Positions 40,761-50,700 of a DNA stretch of 56,501 bases are shown in pieces. The notes under the pieces are model-generated. The model ran no database searches, had not been told where the DNA came from, and saw only the letters and a list, made by a program, of their open reading frames with translations. The stretch is from positions 1 to 56,501 of IMG/VR virus record IMGVR_UViG_3300045988_086774. The stretch is one strand, 5' to 3'. The DNA is from a virus. A program made the position numbers and the translations under genes. The stretch's first letter is position 1. Every line of letters starts with the position of its first letter.

Positions 40761-41054
40761 TCACACATCAAGCATTTTGTCAATGCTTTTGAGCCGGTAG
40801 CCTATCGCCGTCCGGCTGTAATGTGTCTGTGCTGCAATGTCCGGCAGCGGAAGCCGCTCAACGTATCGCAAAAGAGCAATCTTTCGGTCTACCCTCCCAA
40901 GCGGTGCGTTCTTGATGGCGGCGGTCATCTGCTGTCGATCAAGTCCTTGCAGCGCAGCGGGCAGCACTACACGAGCCACCGCCACAGGCAGCACCGAGCC
41001 AGAAAGGCTGCGGCAGCTCTCCGGCGTTGCGCACCATATTGCCAATGCTGGCAA
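40761..41054 (-). CDS. Sigma-region-4 / ArpU-like HTH segment (possible C-terminal half of a frame-split late regulator)
   Basis: RVDRKIALLRYVERLPLPDIAAQTHYSRTAIGYRLKSIDKML. No ATG or RBS of its own (TTG only). Confidence 0.4.
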   Translation of the reverse strand: MPALAIWCATPESCRSLSGSVLPVAVARVVLPAALQGLDRQQMTAAIKNAPLGRVDRKIALLRYVERLPLPDIAAQTHYSRTAIGYRLKSIDKMLDV

Positions 41055-41199
41055 AATGGTGACAAAACGTCACCAGTTTGTTAACATTGTCGATATGGTA
41101 ACCTGTACAAACGTCTGTTCCAGCGCGGTCAGAATTTGTCTGGATAATGCTTTTTGAGCATCTCCACGGGTTAAGCGGTTCGTATGTAGTGCTTGCCAT
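40939..41199 (-). CDS. Hypothetical protein (possible N-terminal half of the same regulator)
   Basis: ATG 41199 behind AAGGAGG. Overlaps 40761..41054 by 116 nt in another frame. The combined length of about 146 aa equals ArpU/RinA size. Confidence 0.45.
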   Translation of the reverse strand: MASTTYEPLNPWRCSKSIIQTNSDRAGTDVCTGYHIDNVNKLVTFCHHFASIGNMVRNAGELPQPFWLGAACGGGSCSAARCAART

Positions 41200-41209
41200 G
41201 ATGTCCTCC

Positions 41210-41542
41210 TTACTTCCCGATCGCGGGCTTTTTCTCTGTCAATGCCTTTTTCATCATGCTGACAGCCTTTTCAATCACACTGTCCAGCACTTCATCCGTG
41301 ATGAAAGGCTTCAGCCAGTCCGGCAGTGCGCCGCGCAGTGCGGCAAAGACCTGTGCCTTTTTCTTTGCGCCCTGACCGCTGCCCATAATGCTGTCCTCAG
41401 CGATGGTCACGAGCTCCAGCGCCCACTGCTTGACGTACTGCTTGTAACCAAGCCGGATGGCACCAACGGCCAGCGCGGCAAAGCCGATGAACATCAGTAC
41501 CAGTGCGATAGGTGCGGGGATAAAGTTAAGCATTGCTTCCAT
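41210..41542 (-). CDS. Holin (LL-H-like: N-terminal TM, cytoplasmic helical tail)
   Basis: FIPAPIALVLMFIGFAALAVGAI followed by a charged helical region. Position is next to the lysin. Confidence 0.6.
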   Translation of the reverse strand: MEAMLNFIPAPIALVLMFIGFAALAVGAIRLGYKQYVKQWALELVTIAEDSIMGSGQGAKKKAQVFAALRGALPDWLKPFITDEVLDSVIEKAVSMMKKALTEKKPAIGK

Positions 41543-41915
41543 GTTTTGTTACTCCTTCCATCAGGTAGTTATCAATTTTTGCTTTGCTTGCTTGCATTGC
41601 TGCTACGTTGTTTCCGGTCAGCTGCGATTCAAGCAAAGCACGAACGGCTTCAAGAGTAAGGCGGTTCACCTCGTCAATTTCTGTAAATCGCCCGAGGTCG
41701 CGGGTCAGGGCTGCACCATGCTGGAGCTGCCCCCGCTCGATGGCGCTGATGCGTCTGTCCATCTCGTCCAGTCGCTTATCTTGCGCCGCGTCCGGCTCTT
41801 TGGCTTTTTTGAGGTATTTGTGGATGATGTCCAGCACCTTGTCCAGTGTGATTGCACCGGCGCACAGGCTGCCCAGGATGCCCAGCACCCACAGTAAAGC
41901 TTCTTTTTCGGTCAT
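41526..41915 (-). CDS. Membrane-anchored coiled-coil protein of the lysis cassette
   Basis: N-terminal TM LLWVLGILGSLCAGAI; lies between the lysin and the holin. Confidence 0.45.
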   Translation of the reverse strand: MTEKEALLWVLGILGSLCAGAITLDKVLDIIHKYLKKAKEPDAAQDKRLDEMDRRISAIERGQLQHGAALTRDLGRFTEIDEVNRLTLEAVRALLESQLTGNNVAAMQASKAKIDNYLMEGVTKHGSNA

Positions 41916-42709
41916 TTGCCCTCCCGGAGACGGGTCAGGCCCTTCTTGCTGATAATTTTCGGGTAGTTGATGGTGGTCACATTGAGGTCAACGTTGCCGC
42001 TGATGCCCGGCACAGCGCCCTTGCTGGTGTGCTGGTGGGCATTGTACTTAAAATCCACCTTCGGGGTCTTGCCGGTGTAGTCGGCAAGCCACACGTCCCA
42101 CCGAGAGGACAGCCGAGCCATGTCCAGCTCGTACTTGTAACCGGTGTAGGTGTACAGTTGGGCGTAAAAACCCATCCGCTCCACCCGCTCCAGCGCGTAA
42201 GCGGTAAGGTTGGACAGGTCAAGCGTGGACAGTTGCTTGAGCTTGTTTTCCTCCACGTCCACGCACACGGGCATGGTGAGCTCCTTGCCGCGTACCGCTT
42301 CCCGCACAAGGGCAAGCTCTGCATCGGCCATTGCTTCGCTGGTGGCGTAGGTGTAGTAGTATACGCCCACGTCCAGCCCGGCAGCCCGGGCGTTGCGGTA
42401 GTTGGTCTCAAAGGTCGGGTCGATGTACAGGCCGTCTGCCCGCTTGGAGAGCTTGCGGTTGGTGCTCACGGTCTTGAGCATGGCCCCCTTGTAGCCCGCC
42501 GCCGCCACCTGTGCCCAGTCAATTTCATTCTGATACCGGCTCACGTCCACATAGCGGTAAGGCGGCTCCCCTGCCCACCCGGTCACGGTGTCCACAGTGG
42601 GCACGTCCGGTGCAGGGGCAGGCTCTTCCTTGTCGGCACCGTCACCGGCAGCATGGGATAGCGCAGAAAAGATATCCCGCAGGAAGTCAAGCATTACTTT
42701 CCACTTCAT
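41912..42709 (-). CDS. Endolysin, glycoside hydrolase family 25 muramidase
   Basis: YVDVSRYQNEIDWAQVAAAGYKGAMLK...DVGVYYYTYA...VCVDVEEN. Confidence 0.85.
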   Translation of the reverse strand: MKWKVMLDFLRDIFSALSHAAGDGADKEEPAPAPDVPTVDTVTGWAGEPPYRYVDVSRYQNEIDWAQVAAAGYKGAMLKTVSTNRKLSKRADGLYIDPTFETNYRNARAAGLDVGVYYYTYATSEAMADAELALVREAVRGKELTMPVCVDVEENKLKQLSTLDLSNLTAYALERVERMGFYAQLYTYTGYKYELDMARLSSRWDVWLADYTGKTPKVDFKYNAHQHTSKGAVPGISGNVDLNVTTINYPKIISKKGLTRLREGK

Positions 42710-42830
42710 AAAATCCCTCCTCCGTCAGCTTTTTCATCACGGCATCCTTATACCGGTCAGGTACGTTGTCGATGGTGAAAGCGCCGTCAAAGCGGTGCAG
42801 CTTAATTTGGGTCACATAGAACAAAACCAT
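42687..42830 (-). CDS. Possible XkdX-like small protein (47 aa)
   Basis: ATG 42830 behind GGAGGA; MVLFYVTQIKLHRFDGAFTIDNVPDRYKDAVMKKLTEEGFYEVESNA. Confidence 0.35.
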   Translation of the reverse strand: MVLFYVTQIKLHRFDGAFTIDNVPDRYKDAVMKKLTEEGFYEVESNA

Positions 42831-42842
42831 AGTATCCTCCTC

Positions 42843-43217
42843 TTACTGTTGTGCGGCCAGCAGGTCAAGCATAGCCGCTTCCAGAGCGGCAAGGCGCTCT
42901 TCTGCGGTGGGCAGCTGTGCCTTTTCCTCTGCTTCCTTACGGGCCTTTTCCTGTGCGGCCAGCTCTTCGGCGGTGTACAGCACATACCGCTGCACTTCCA
43001 CCTCTTCGTCATAGGCTTCCCTTGCAGCCACGCCGGGCACGTCCACCACCTTCCAGCGGTCACGACCCCCGTTGGGGTAGGTCTTGTACTCGTAGTGGCT
43101 GACCTCTTCCACGCCCGCTACAGCATCGTGGTGGACAGTCTGGGTCTCAGGCTTGAGATAGCCTTTCGTCAGGTCGGGGTTTTCGATTTCTACGCCGTTA
43201 CTGTCAATAATTTTCAT
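42843..43217 (-). CDS. Hypothetical tail-fibre-associated protein with a C-terminal coiled coil
   Basis: 124 aa; position after the fibre genes. Confidence 0.4.
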   Translation of the reverse strand: MKIIDSNGVEIENPDLTKGYLKPETQTVHHDAVAGVEEVSHYEYKTYPNGGRDRWKVVDVPGVAAREAYDEEVEVQRYVLYTAEELAAQEKARKEAEEKAQLPTAEERLAALEAAMLDLLAAQQ

Positions 43218-43228
43218 GTGTGTTCCTT

Positions 43229-43729
43229 TCAGGCGATACGCCGCCAGATGTATGTGCAGTACGCCGGGGGTTGAACGGTATCTGATGCGCCGTAGATGGA
43301 GTTGGAACGGGAGGCTCTAAACACAGTTGAGCCTGTGTTCGTTTCTGTTTGACCTTGCGGAACACAAACATTTGTGGAAGAGCCCAGTTCAAAGCACCCT
43401 GTTGCATAGCCAGATTTAATAAATGCTCCGTTTTGTCCTATTAAAGCAAAAGTCCCTTCAATATTCGGCAGTCCTGCCTCTACCGTTGTACCAGCTGGAT
43501 GCGTATCGCTTGCACCCCAGATAGTGCAATCCTCAATGCGCTCCCACGTCCCGCCGTAAAGCTCTGCCGGGCTGGTAGCGTTTTCGCTGATGTACAGGCT
43601 GCCCACGGGGTGGTCTCGCTCGACTACCGCCGCAAGGACTTGCTGATAGATAGCATAGGCATCAGGGCCAATGCCGTTTTTGAGTTCTCCTAGTGCCATC
43701 GTTTCTCCTTTCAGTCGGTACGAAGCCAA
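43229..43729 (-). CDS. Second receptor-binding-type module (paralog of the C-terminus of 43711..44841)
   Basis: HPVGSLYIS...GGTWERIEDCTIWGASDTHPAGTTVEAGLPNIEGTF...SRSNSIYGASDTVQPPAY parallels the upstream gene. Confidence 0.6.
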   Translation of the reverse strand: MASYRLKGETMALGELKNGIGPDAYAIYQQVLAAVVERDHPVGSLYISENATSPAELYGGTWERIEDCTIWGASDTHPAGTTVEAGLPNIEGTFALIGQNGAFIKSGYATGCFELGSSTNVCVPQGQTETNTGSTVFRASRSNSIYGASDTVQPPAYCTYIWRRIA

Positions 43730-44841
43730 GTGTAAGTAAAGTATGCCGGGGGTTGGACGGTGGTGGAAGCGCCGTAGATGGGGTTGGAACGAGAGACATC
43801 AAAAAACATTACATCGTCTTTGTAGGACCTACCGGATTCTGTCATTGAATTATCTAAATAGTCAGAACCCTGAATTGAATGTGTAAATAGCTTACCATCC
43901 CCGTTTGTAATCGAACCGCCTGAACTCTTGCTGCCAGTCATGTGGGGTCTTGCATAAAAAGAGCCCGTAATATTCGGCAGCCCTGCCTCTACCGTTGTAC
44001 CAGCTGGGTGCGTGTCGCTTGCACCCATTAACACCCTATCTTGCGCAATCTTTTCCCACGTGCCGCCGCCAAAAGTTACGGACGGATTTTCAGGGCTGAT
44101 GGTCTGATAGATACTGCCTACAGGATGTGCCGCAAGCAGGAAGTTGGAGTAGATGGAGCCGTCACCATAGAACTGACCGCCATACTTGATGGGATACCAC
44201 CGGGCGGAAATTTCCGCAGTCGGAATTTTGTGTGCACGGATACGGATAGATCCGGTTCGAGTTTCTGGGTTTACAAGCATAGCTTTACCGGCTACGTCTG
44301 CGCTTGCAGGGTCGATACTGACAGATACCACAGTCGTGGACGTAACGTCTGCTGTAATATCAATGTAATGCGGGTACTCTGCAACTTCTGTGTCTGTCTG
44401 CCACCCCGTAATTGGAATAAAAAGATCATGCGGAACGACGGAGTCTGCTTTGCCTGCCAGCGCATCACCGGTAGCCTTTGCGTCTGCGGGAGCGTTTTCA
44501 ATGCTCAGGGTCTTATCGGTATTTGCTTTGGCCCCGGCCTCTTCCGAGTATTTCTTTGCATTGGCTTCACTGATTGCAGCGGCAGATGCACTGGATGCAG
44601 AAGCATCAGCGGATGCGGCAGATTCGCCAGCTTTTGTGGTTGCAATTCCGGCCTGTTCAGTGGCAGTAGCGGCAGAAGTAGAAGCCCCGTCTGCTTCTCG
44701 TTTTGCATTGGCTGCGCTTGTCTCTGCACTCTTTCGAGCCGCTTCGACTGCTTTAATCCAGTCCTCTTCTGTGCCATCATATCCATACTTTACAGCAATG
44801 GCATAGGCGCTATAAGGGCCAATTTCGATTGTTTTGCTCAT
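43711..44841 (-). CDS. Tail fibre / receptor-binding protein
   Basis: 376 aa with an Ala-rich coiled N-terminal region. C-terminal HPVGSIYQT...GGTWEKIAQDRVLMGASDTHPAGTTVEAGLPNITGSF...SRSNPIYGASTTVQPPAY. Confidence 0.65.
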   Translation of the reverse strand: MSKTIEIGPYSAYAIAVKYGYDGTEEDWIKAVEAARKSAETSAANAKREADGASTSAATATEQAGIATTKAGESAASADASASSASAAAISEANAKKYSEEAGAKANTDKTLSIENAPADAKATGDALAGKADSVVPHDLFIPITGWQTDTEVAEYPHYIDITADVTSTTVVSVSIDPASADVAGKAMLVNPETRTGSIRIRAHKIPTAEISARWYPIKYGGQFYGDGSIYSNFLLAAHPVGSIYQTISPENPSVTFGGGTWEKIAQDRVLMGASDTHPAGTTVEAGLPNITGSFYARPHMTGSKSSGGSITNGDGKLFTHSIQGSDYLDNSMTESGRSYKDDVMFFDVSRSNPIYGASTTVQPPAYFTYTWLRTD

Positions 44842-45266
44842 TCAAACGTCACCTCCAAAATTCCAGAGCCATTGTCTTGCATATTTATTTCGGTCAAGCT
44901 ATCGCTTTTGACCATATAAAGAATGCCGTTCTTCTGCTCGAAATCCATCCAGCCGCCTTTATTTGCACTCTGTTCTGCAAGACGGGCGCTTTCAGCAGAC
45001 TTTTCGGCTTGCTTCTGAGATTCTTGCGCAGATGTTTCGGCGTTTATTTCAGACCGTTTCGCGTTCAGTTCTGCTTTTTCGGCAGCAATTCTCGCAATGT
45101 CCGCGCCTGCAACATCTGAAAGAGTGTTCAACGTTTCGGCATTCATAGGAGTGCCTTCAACGATTGGCTCGTCATTGCGGACAAGGGTGACGACTTCGGA
45201 CGAGCCGTCCGGTTTAGTCATTGTCCATCGGTTCGGGTACTTCGCTTCTCGGTCAACAAAGTGCAT
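44838..45266 (-). CDS. Tail fibre N-terminal or upper-fibre protein
   Basis: MHFVDREAKYPNRWTMTKPDGS...EGTPMNAETLNTL, followed by a coiled coil. Confidence 0.5.
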   Translation of the reverse strand: MHFVDREAKYPNRWTMTKPDGSSEVVTLVRNDEPIVEGTPMNAETLNTLSDVAGADIARIAAEKAELNAKRSEINAETSAQESQKQAEKSAESARLAEQSANKGGWMDFEQKNGILYMVKSDSLTEINMQDNGSGILEVTFE

Positions 45267-45717
45267 AGTAAGGCTCACCTCCACAGACCGGCTCTGAGCA
45301 GTAGATTAGATGGTTGTTGGCTATTGTTTCGATATCAAGCAGAATTTCTTCAACCTGATTGATAATCGTATAATGCAGATAATTGAGGGAAGCTGGGGTT
45401 TCGGGGGTATCGTTTTTGCCACTGCACAAAGAACGAATAGCTTTGATATTGGAAAGCCACCGGGAAGCATCTGCGACAGTCAGGTATCCGTTTACATCCC
45501 AGTCGGTTTTGACTGAAACAGATGCATTCAGAATGGCCGCAATCTCTTGGATGCCGCTTTCAATGCGGTTGTAGTCCATGTAACTTAGAGCGCCTTTCAT
45601 GCCGGAAGCCCACTCTGCCTGCTCTTCCTCTGTCCACGTTCCTGCTTTTGCTTTTGATGCAAGCGCCTTGACTTGCGCAACATCATCATCGGTTCTGTCT
45701 GTAATCCACCGGGTCAA
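45253..45717 (-). CDS. Hypothetical baseplate or fibre-associated protein
   Basis: 154 aa; position in the tail-tip module. Confidence 0.4.
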   Translation of the reverse strand: MTRWITDRTDDDVAQVKALASKAKAGTWTEEEQAEWASGMKGALSYMDYNRIESGIQEIAAILNASVSVKTDWDVNGYLTVADASRWLSNIKAIRSLCSGKNDTPETPASLNYLHYTIINQVEEILLDIETIANNHLIYCSEPVCGGEPYYALC

Positions 45718-47321
45718 CGAACATCAGCTCCTTCCAAGAGATATCCTTCGACCGTCCCGTGAAAACAGCCGGAATACTGATAAGAAAAACTCGTAGTCAG
45801 CAGTACAGAGGAATAGCCGAACTGATGATGAACAAGGACGTAATCCAGCGCATCAAAGTGCGGGCTTGCACGATATTTCAATGTGACCTTGCGGCGGTTA
45901 GAAAGCACTTTGTACGCTTCTGTCAAAATATTCCTGCTCTGGCCGAGAATGCTTTGAGACAGCATTTCATTGTTGACAGTCTGCGTTGCTCCACCACCTG
46001 TCGGGTTTTCTGGGTAAGAATACGTTTTGCTTGTAGCGCTCGAGCCATCGGAAGATTTTACATCAATCGAACAAGTCACATTTTTCAGCGGAGAAGAGAA
46101 TGCAATCTCAGGCCAGTTGAAATTGTTAACGATGTCGATTTCACCGGCAAGGTTTGCTTTTGCAGTGGAGATATCAGGAATGCGCCCGATTACGATCACG
46201 CCTTCTCTGGTCTGATACATTGCCATGCCAGCTGCGTTAGCAACCATCTGTAAAATATCAGAATCCTTATAGTTGCCTTTATCCTGCTTTGTGATATCCG
46301 TGCTATATTGTTTCAGTTCATCGGAAATCTGAAACGTTGCCACGTTGTCGCTCAAAAGCTCCAGCGCATCGTAGGCCATCTCATAAAGAGTGCCGTACAT
46401 TCTTCCTGTGTAGTTGGAAACCATAAGATAGCCGAAAGCATCACGGGCAGTAAAGCTGGCTTCGATACTATTAGATGGAACATTCCACTCAGACAAGAAG
46501 AACTTGCCGCCTGTAATCCATTCTACCGTTCCGTCCAAGTCCATGCCGTACTCCACAGAGATAGGCTGGCGCTCATACAGGTATTTGTAAAGACCTTCCG
46601 GGTTGATCGGGTTCCACTTCTGCGTGCTGTTATCCACCGTAAAAGTGATGCTGTCATTCGGGAGTTGACCGCTGATCGGGTCTCTTGTGGAATCGTGCTT
46701 GTACGAAAAAATATCTTTCTTCTCAAACACAATGAACTGACCTAGCTTTATTTGCTCAACCCTTGCACGGCGATTTTCCAAGCACCACGACAAGATTTGA
46801 ATGGAAATGGAATCATAGTTCGCAATTTCCCAGTCAATGTCAGTGGTGACAGAAAAATTATCCGACACTGTTTTTGTGGACACGACTGTGTTTCCAGAAT
46901 AAGCAGTCAGCTTGAAGCTTGTCGGCCATTCATTGAATGTTGACGACCATGTAATGGTAATGCCAGGAATCGTCACGGTATGAACTTTGCTGAACGAGAG
47001 CGTAATAATCGGGTGGTTTGAAATTGAAACGCAATTTTCACTAACATAACCAGCTTCTTGCGATTCCGTGCTTCTGTCGAGCAAAGTATAATTGCCGTCC
47101 AAAACAGTGAAATTCAATTCACCGGTAGAATATTTTGTGTAAGTCTGCAACTTACTGTCAACGATAGAGGACACATTGCTGAAGAATGTTTCGCCGTTTG
47201 TGCTAGGAATCGCATCTTCTTGCAAACCTGGTTCTGTAACGCCATAGGTAATGCGTACAAACATCTCCGGGACAAGCGTTTCGGAAAACTTTTCAATCCA
47301 CTTCTGAGAAGGCTGTACCAT
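45714..47321 (-). CDS. Tail tip / tail-associated (Tal-like) protein
   Basis: 535 aa; second gene after the tape measure. Confidence 0.5.
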   Translation of the reverse strand: MVQPSQKWIEKFSETLVPEMFVRITYGVTEPGLQEDAIPSTNGETFFSNVSSIVDSKLQTYTKYSTGELNFTVLDGNYTLLDRSTESQEAGYVSENCVSISNHPIITLSFSKVHTVTIPGITITWSSTFNEWPTSFKLTAYSGNTVVSTKTVSDNFSVTTDIDWEIANYDSISIQILSWCLENRRARVEQIKLGQFIVFEKKDIFSYKHDSTRDPISGQLPNDSITFTVDNSTQKWNPINPEGLYKYLYERQPISVEYGMDLDGTVEWITGGKFFLSEWNVPSNSIEASFTARDAFGYLMVSNYTGRMYGTLYEMAYDALELLSDNVATFQISDELKQYSTDITKQDKGNYKDSDILQMVANAAGMAMYQTREGVIVIGRIPDISTAKANLAGEIDIVNNFNWPEIAFSSPLKNVTCSIDVKSSDGSSATSKTYSYPENPTGGGATQTVNNEMLSQSILGQSRNILTEAYKVLSNRRKVTLKYRASPHFDALDYVLVHHQFGYSSVLLTTSFSYQYSGCFHGTVEGYLLEGADVR

Positions 47322-47324
47322 AGG

Positions 47325-47699
47325 CTACACCTCCACAAGCGCAATCGAGCAATCCGTCCAGCCCATCACATTGCCGGTTTTCGGCCCACGCCGCCACATA
47401 CCAGATGTTCGGTCTGAAACGTACATCTGCCGCGTATCATACCCGGCCTTTGCCTGATTATAAAAGCGAACAGTGCAGTAAAATCGTGTCGTGAACAGGC
47501 TGAGGATAGCGGCCCACTGCTGTGCGGTGAGGTAGTTCCACTTCAGGGACACCTTTGCTACATCATGCCGCACAACAGAGCCGACTACTTTGCCTTGAAC
47601 GTTTCGTCCAGAATCTACAATGGTACTAGTTGTCGCTTCATAGGAGCTCGGCTCTGGCAGCTCTACGCCGTTTACCGTTACCAGTGCTGGAATCGCCAT
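47325..47699 (-). CDS. Small distal-tail-type protein
   Basis: 124 aa immediately after the tape measure; VNGVELPEPSSYEATTSTIVDSGRNVQGKVVG. Confidence 0.4.
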   Translation of the reverse strand: MAIPALVTVNGVELPEPSSYEATTSTIVDSGRNVQGKVVGSVVRHDVAKVSLKWNYLTAQQWAAILSLFTTRFYCTVRFYNQAKAGYDTRQMYVSDRTSGMWRRGPKTGNVMGWTDCSIALVEV

Positions 47700-47713
47700 A
47701 AACCGCCACCTCC

Positions 47714-50700
47714 TTAGTAGCTGTAAACTTCACTGCCCATCAAAGACTGTCCACGGGCGTTCTGCCGTTTCTCAACAGATGCTGTAATCTGCTTTCCGTC
47801 AAGGTAAATTTTGAGTTCCTTGCCACCGGTCAGTTCGTCACCATACCGCTGGAAGATGTCGAGGAATGCGTTGTAAGTGCCATTGTAGACAGATTCACGC
47901 ATTTCCTCTTCGTTAATGTTGACGTTTACGCTAGTGGTGCTCCCGTAAGAGCCAGAAGATGTTCCGTTGTTCTTGTCCCATTCTTTTGTTCCTGGGTAAG
48001 AACCATTTTTGTACTTTTCTTGCAGTTCCTTGTACTGCTGTTCGTAGTTAGTTGGGTCTTTGGAATCGTCAAAGCCACTATTGGCTGCTTCTTGACGTTT
48101 GCGCTGGCTTTCCGCGCGGCTACTCGCAACATTGTCAGCCCAATCATAAAGAGGGTTGCTGATATGCCCCCATTTATCAAAGGGATTAAAGAAATTGCGT
48201 GCATCAATTAAAGCATTTATTCCAGCAACAATGCCTTGAATTGCCGTTCCGAGAACGCGGAGAATCCCCTCAAAAACAATCGAAAAGAAATCGCCGATTC
48301 CGTACCAAAGATTAGACAGGAACGAAGCAATGCTTTTGTTTTTATTGGCAAAATTGACAAGAGCACCAACCAGCATGCCAATCAGGGAAATAACCAGCAT
48401 AACAGGGTTTGCGTCCATTGCAATGTTCAAACTTGTCTGAGCAGACGTTGCAGCCATAGCAGAAGGGACGAACTGACTGATAAAGCTAGAAGCCATACCG
48501 GCAATGTTGTTCCAAACACTGCTCAAGCCCTGCGTCAGCCACTGCAAGCTGTTATTGGCAATGGACTTGATTTGCTTTCGCTGCTCATCATCCATTGCAT
48601 GATAGAAATAGGAAGCGGCCCATGTGCCGAGCTTTTCAAGGTCTCCGTTAGAAATCGCATCCCACAGAGTGCCAATGCTGCCAAAGAAATCAGATTGTAA
48701 ACTCTGGTCAATCTGCTGCCACTGGGTATCGAGACCGTTCAAGAACCCGGTAACGTAGTTAGTAGCCTGAGTAGAGCCAGCATCAATCAGCGCCTGGCCC
48801 TTCTCCTGCCCAGCGTTTACAACGCTCTGCATAGCAGCGGTGACGCAGGGAACAGCCGCAGCAATGCCGTTTGCAAGGCCTTGGTCAATGTAACCGCCAA
48901 TCTCCGCAAAGACCGTAGAAGGGGAGTGGATGCCGAGCACATTCTTGACCTTATCAATGACTGCATTGCCAACATTTGCAACAGCGTTTTTGGCCGTTTC
49001 AATCATATTGTTCACGCCATCAATAAGACCCTGAATCAGGTTCTTGCCAATATCAAAAAGGCTAAAATTGTCAAATGCGCTCTTGATTGCAGAAAGAATT
49101 TTTTTCGCAGTTTCAGTTACGCTAGAGATAGCATCGGTAATGCCTTTCTTCAACCCGGCGATAATGTATCCGCCTTGTTCGGCCATTACGGTAGATGGGG
49201 AATTGATTCCAAAGGCAGACTTAAAACCATTGATAAATGGATTGAACACATTTTCGACAATCCAAGAAGCAACATTCGTGATTGCGTCTTGAATGCCGTA
49301 ATAAATACCATAGACGATATTCAGGCCAACATTATCGAACGGCCCCTCTGCCACTTTCTTTTCAAAATAATCGGCAATTCGAGAAACCAGACCACCCATA
49401 AAGTCGAGCGCTTCAATGAACGCTTCGCCAAAGAAACGACCGATAGCTTGAGCTAACCCGGCCCAATCTACAGAAGTAACGGCTCTAATAGCAAAGTCAA
49501 CAAGGTCTTGACCGAGCTGGTAAGAGTCTGTACCAGCCAAGAAATCAGCAACAGCGTTAATGCTATCAGTGATAAAGTTAAAAAGAACTCTTGCAAGCTT
49601 TTCAATCTCAACATTTTGGAAAGCATCGGAAAGCTTATCAGTTAATTGCTTCCCAACACCAGTCCAATCTACTGTTGCTATCCAATCTGAAAGTTCGTGA
49701 AAGAATCCAGAAAAACCATCAATAAAGGCATTTAATACAGATGTCCAGTCAAGCCGAGACAGAAAGCCGCCAAGAAGCTCAAACTCGATAATGAATCGGT
49801 CTGCAAGTAATCGGCCAAATAAATCCCAGTCTACAGAATCCACGAGCCCGTTAACGCCATCTGCAAAAACCGTTCCAAGCGAGACCCAATCAACAGAATG
49901 GATGGCATCATAAATCATGCCCATAAGTTTATTCAACTGTTCACCGATTTGGGTTCCGATTTGGAAAGAATCGAGAGATTTTAATTTTGCCTTAATCTCA
50001 TCAACAGCGCTCCCAGCATAATCTTTGAACATATCATACTGAGAGAGGTCAACGTCGCCGAGCAGGTTACCAGTAGCGTCACCACCACCAGAGCCGGAAG
50101 AGCCAGAGTTTTGTGAAGGGTCGATAATGTTTAATTCATCAAAGCCCATCGTGTAATCTTTAGCCGCTTTCGCCGCTGCTTTCGTAGCATCAGCAGCGTC
50201 ATCCATAGCGTCGCTCACGCCGCCAATATCTTTCTGCGTCTTGCTAAAATCGGTAAATTCAATTTTCTGTCCGAACACAGATGCAAGAGAGACCACAAAT
50301 TCTTTGATAAGGTCAACTGCTGCAATCAGAACGGGGAGAATCGCCTTAAATGCGGGATAAAGAAGCTGGCCTACAGCCTTTGCAAGCTGCGAAATTTCAG
50401 ACTTCAAAATGCGTACCATATTGGCGGGGCTACTAATGGTCTGCGCGAGATTGCCTTGAATGTTTGTGGTCTGCTTCATAATGGCAATGTAGCGAAGAAC
50501 TGCCTTATCTGCCTGAGACAGACTAGAAACCTGTTTATTAAAGCCCAAAGCGAGAAGTTCCTGCTGCAACCGCGCCTGAGACAAGTCAACGCCCAAGCGG
50601 CGAATAGGCTCAAGTTCTCCAGAGATAGCAGAAGCAATTGCGGTAAAGGTAGTAGCGGTATCTTTATTCCAATAGGACGATTCGTCATAGGCAAGTTGGG

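Noticed and set aside
43229-44841. Diversity-generating retroelement (TR/VR pair) in the duplicated fibre C-termini
   Set aside because: No reverse transcriptase gene exists anywhere in the circle, and the differences between the copies are not restricted to adenine positions.
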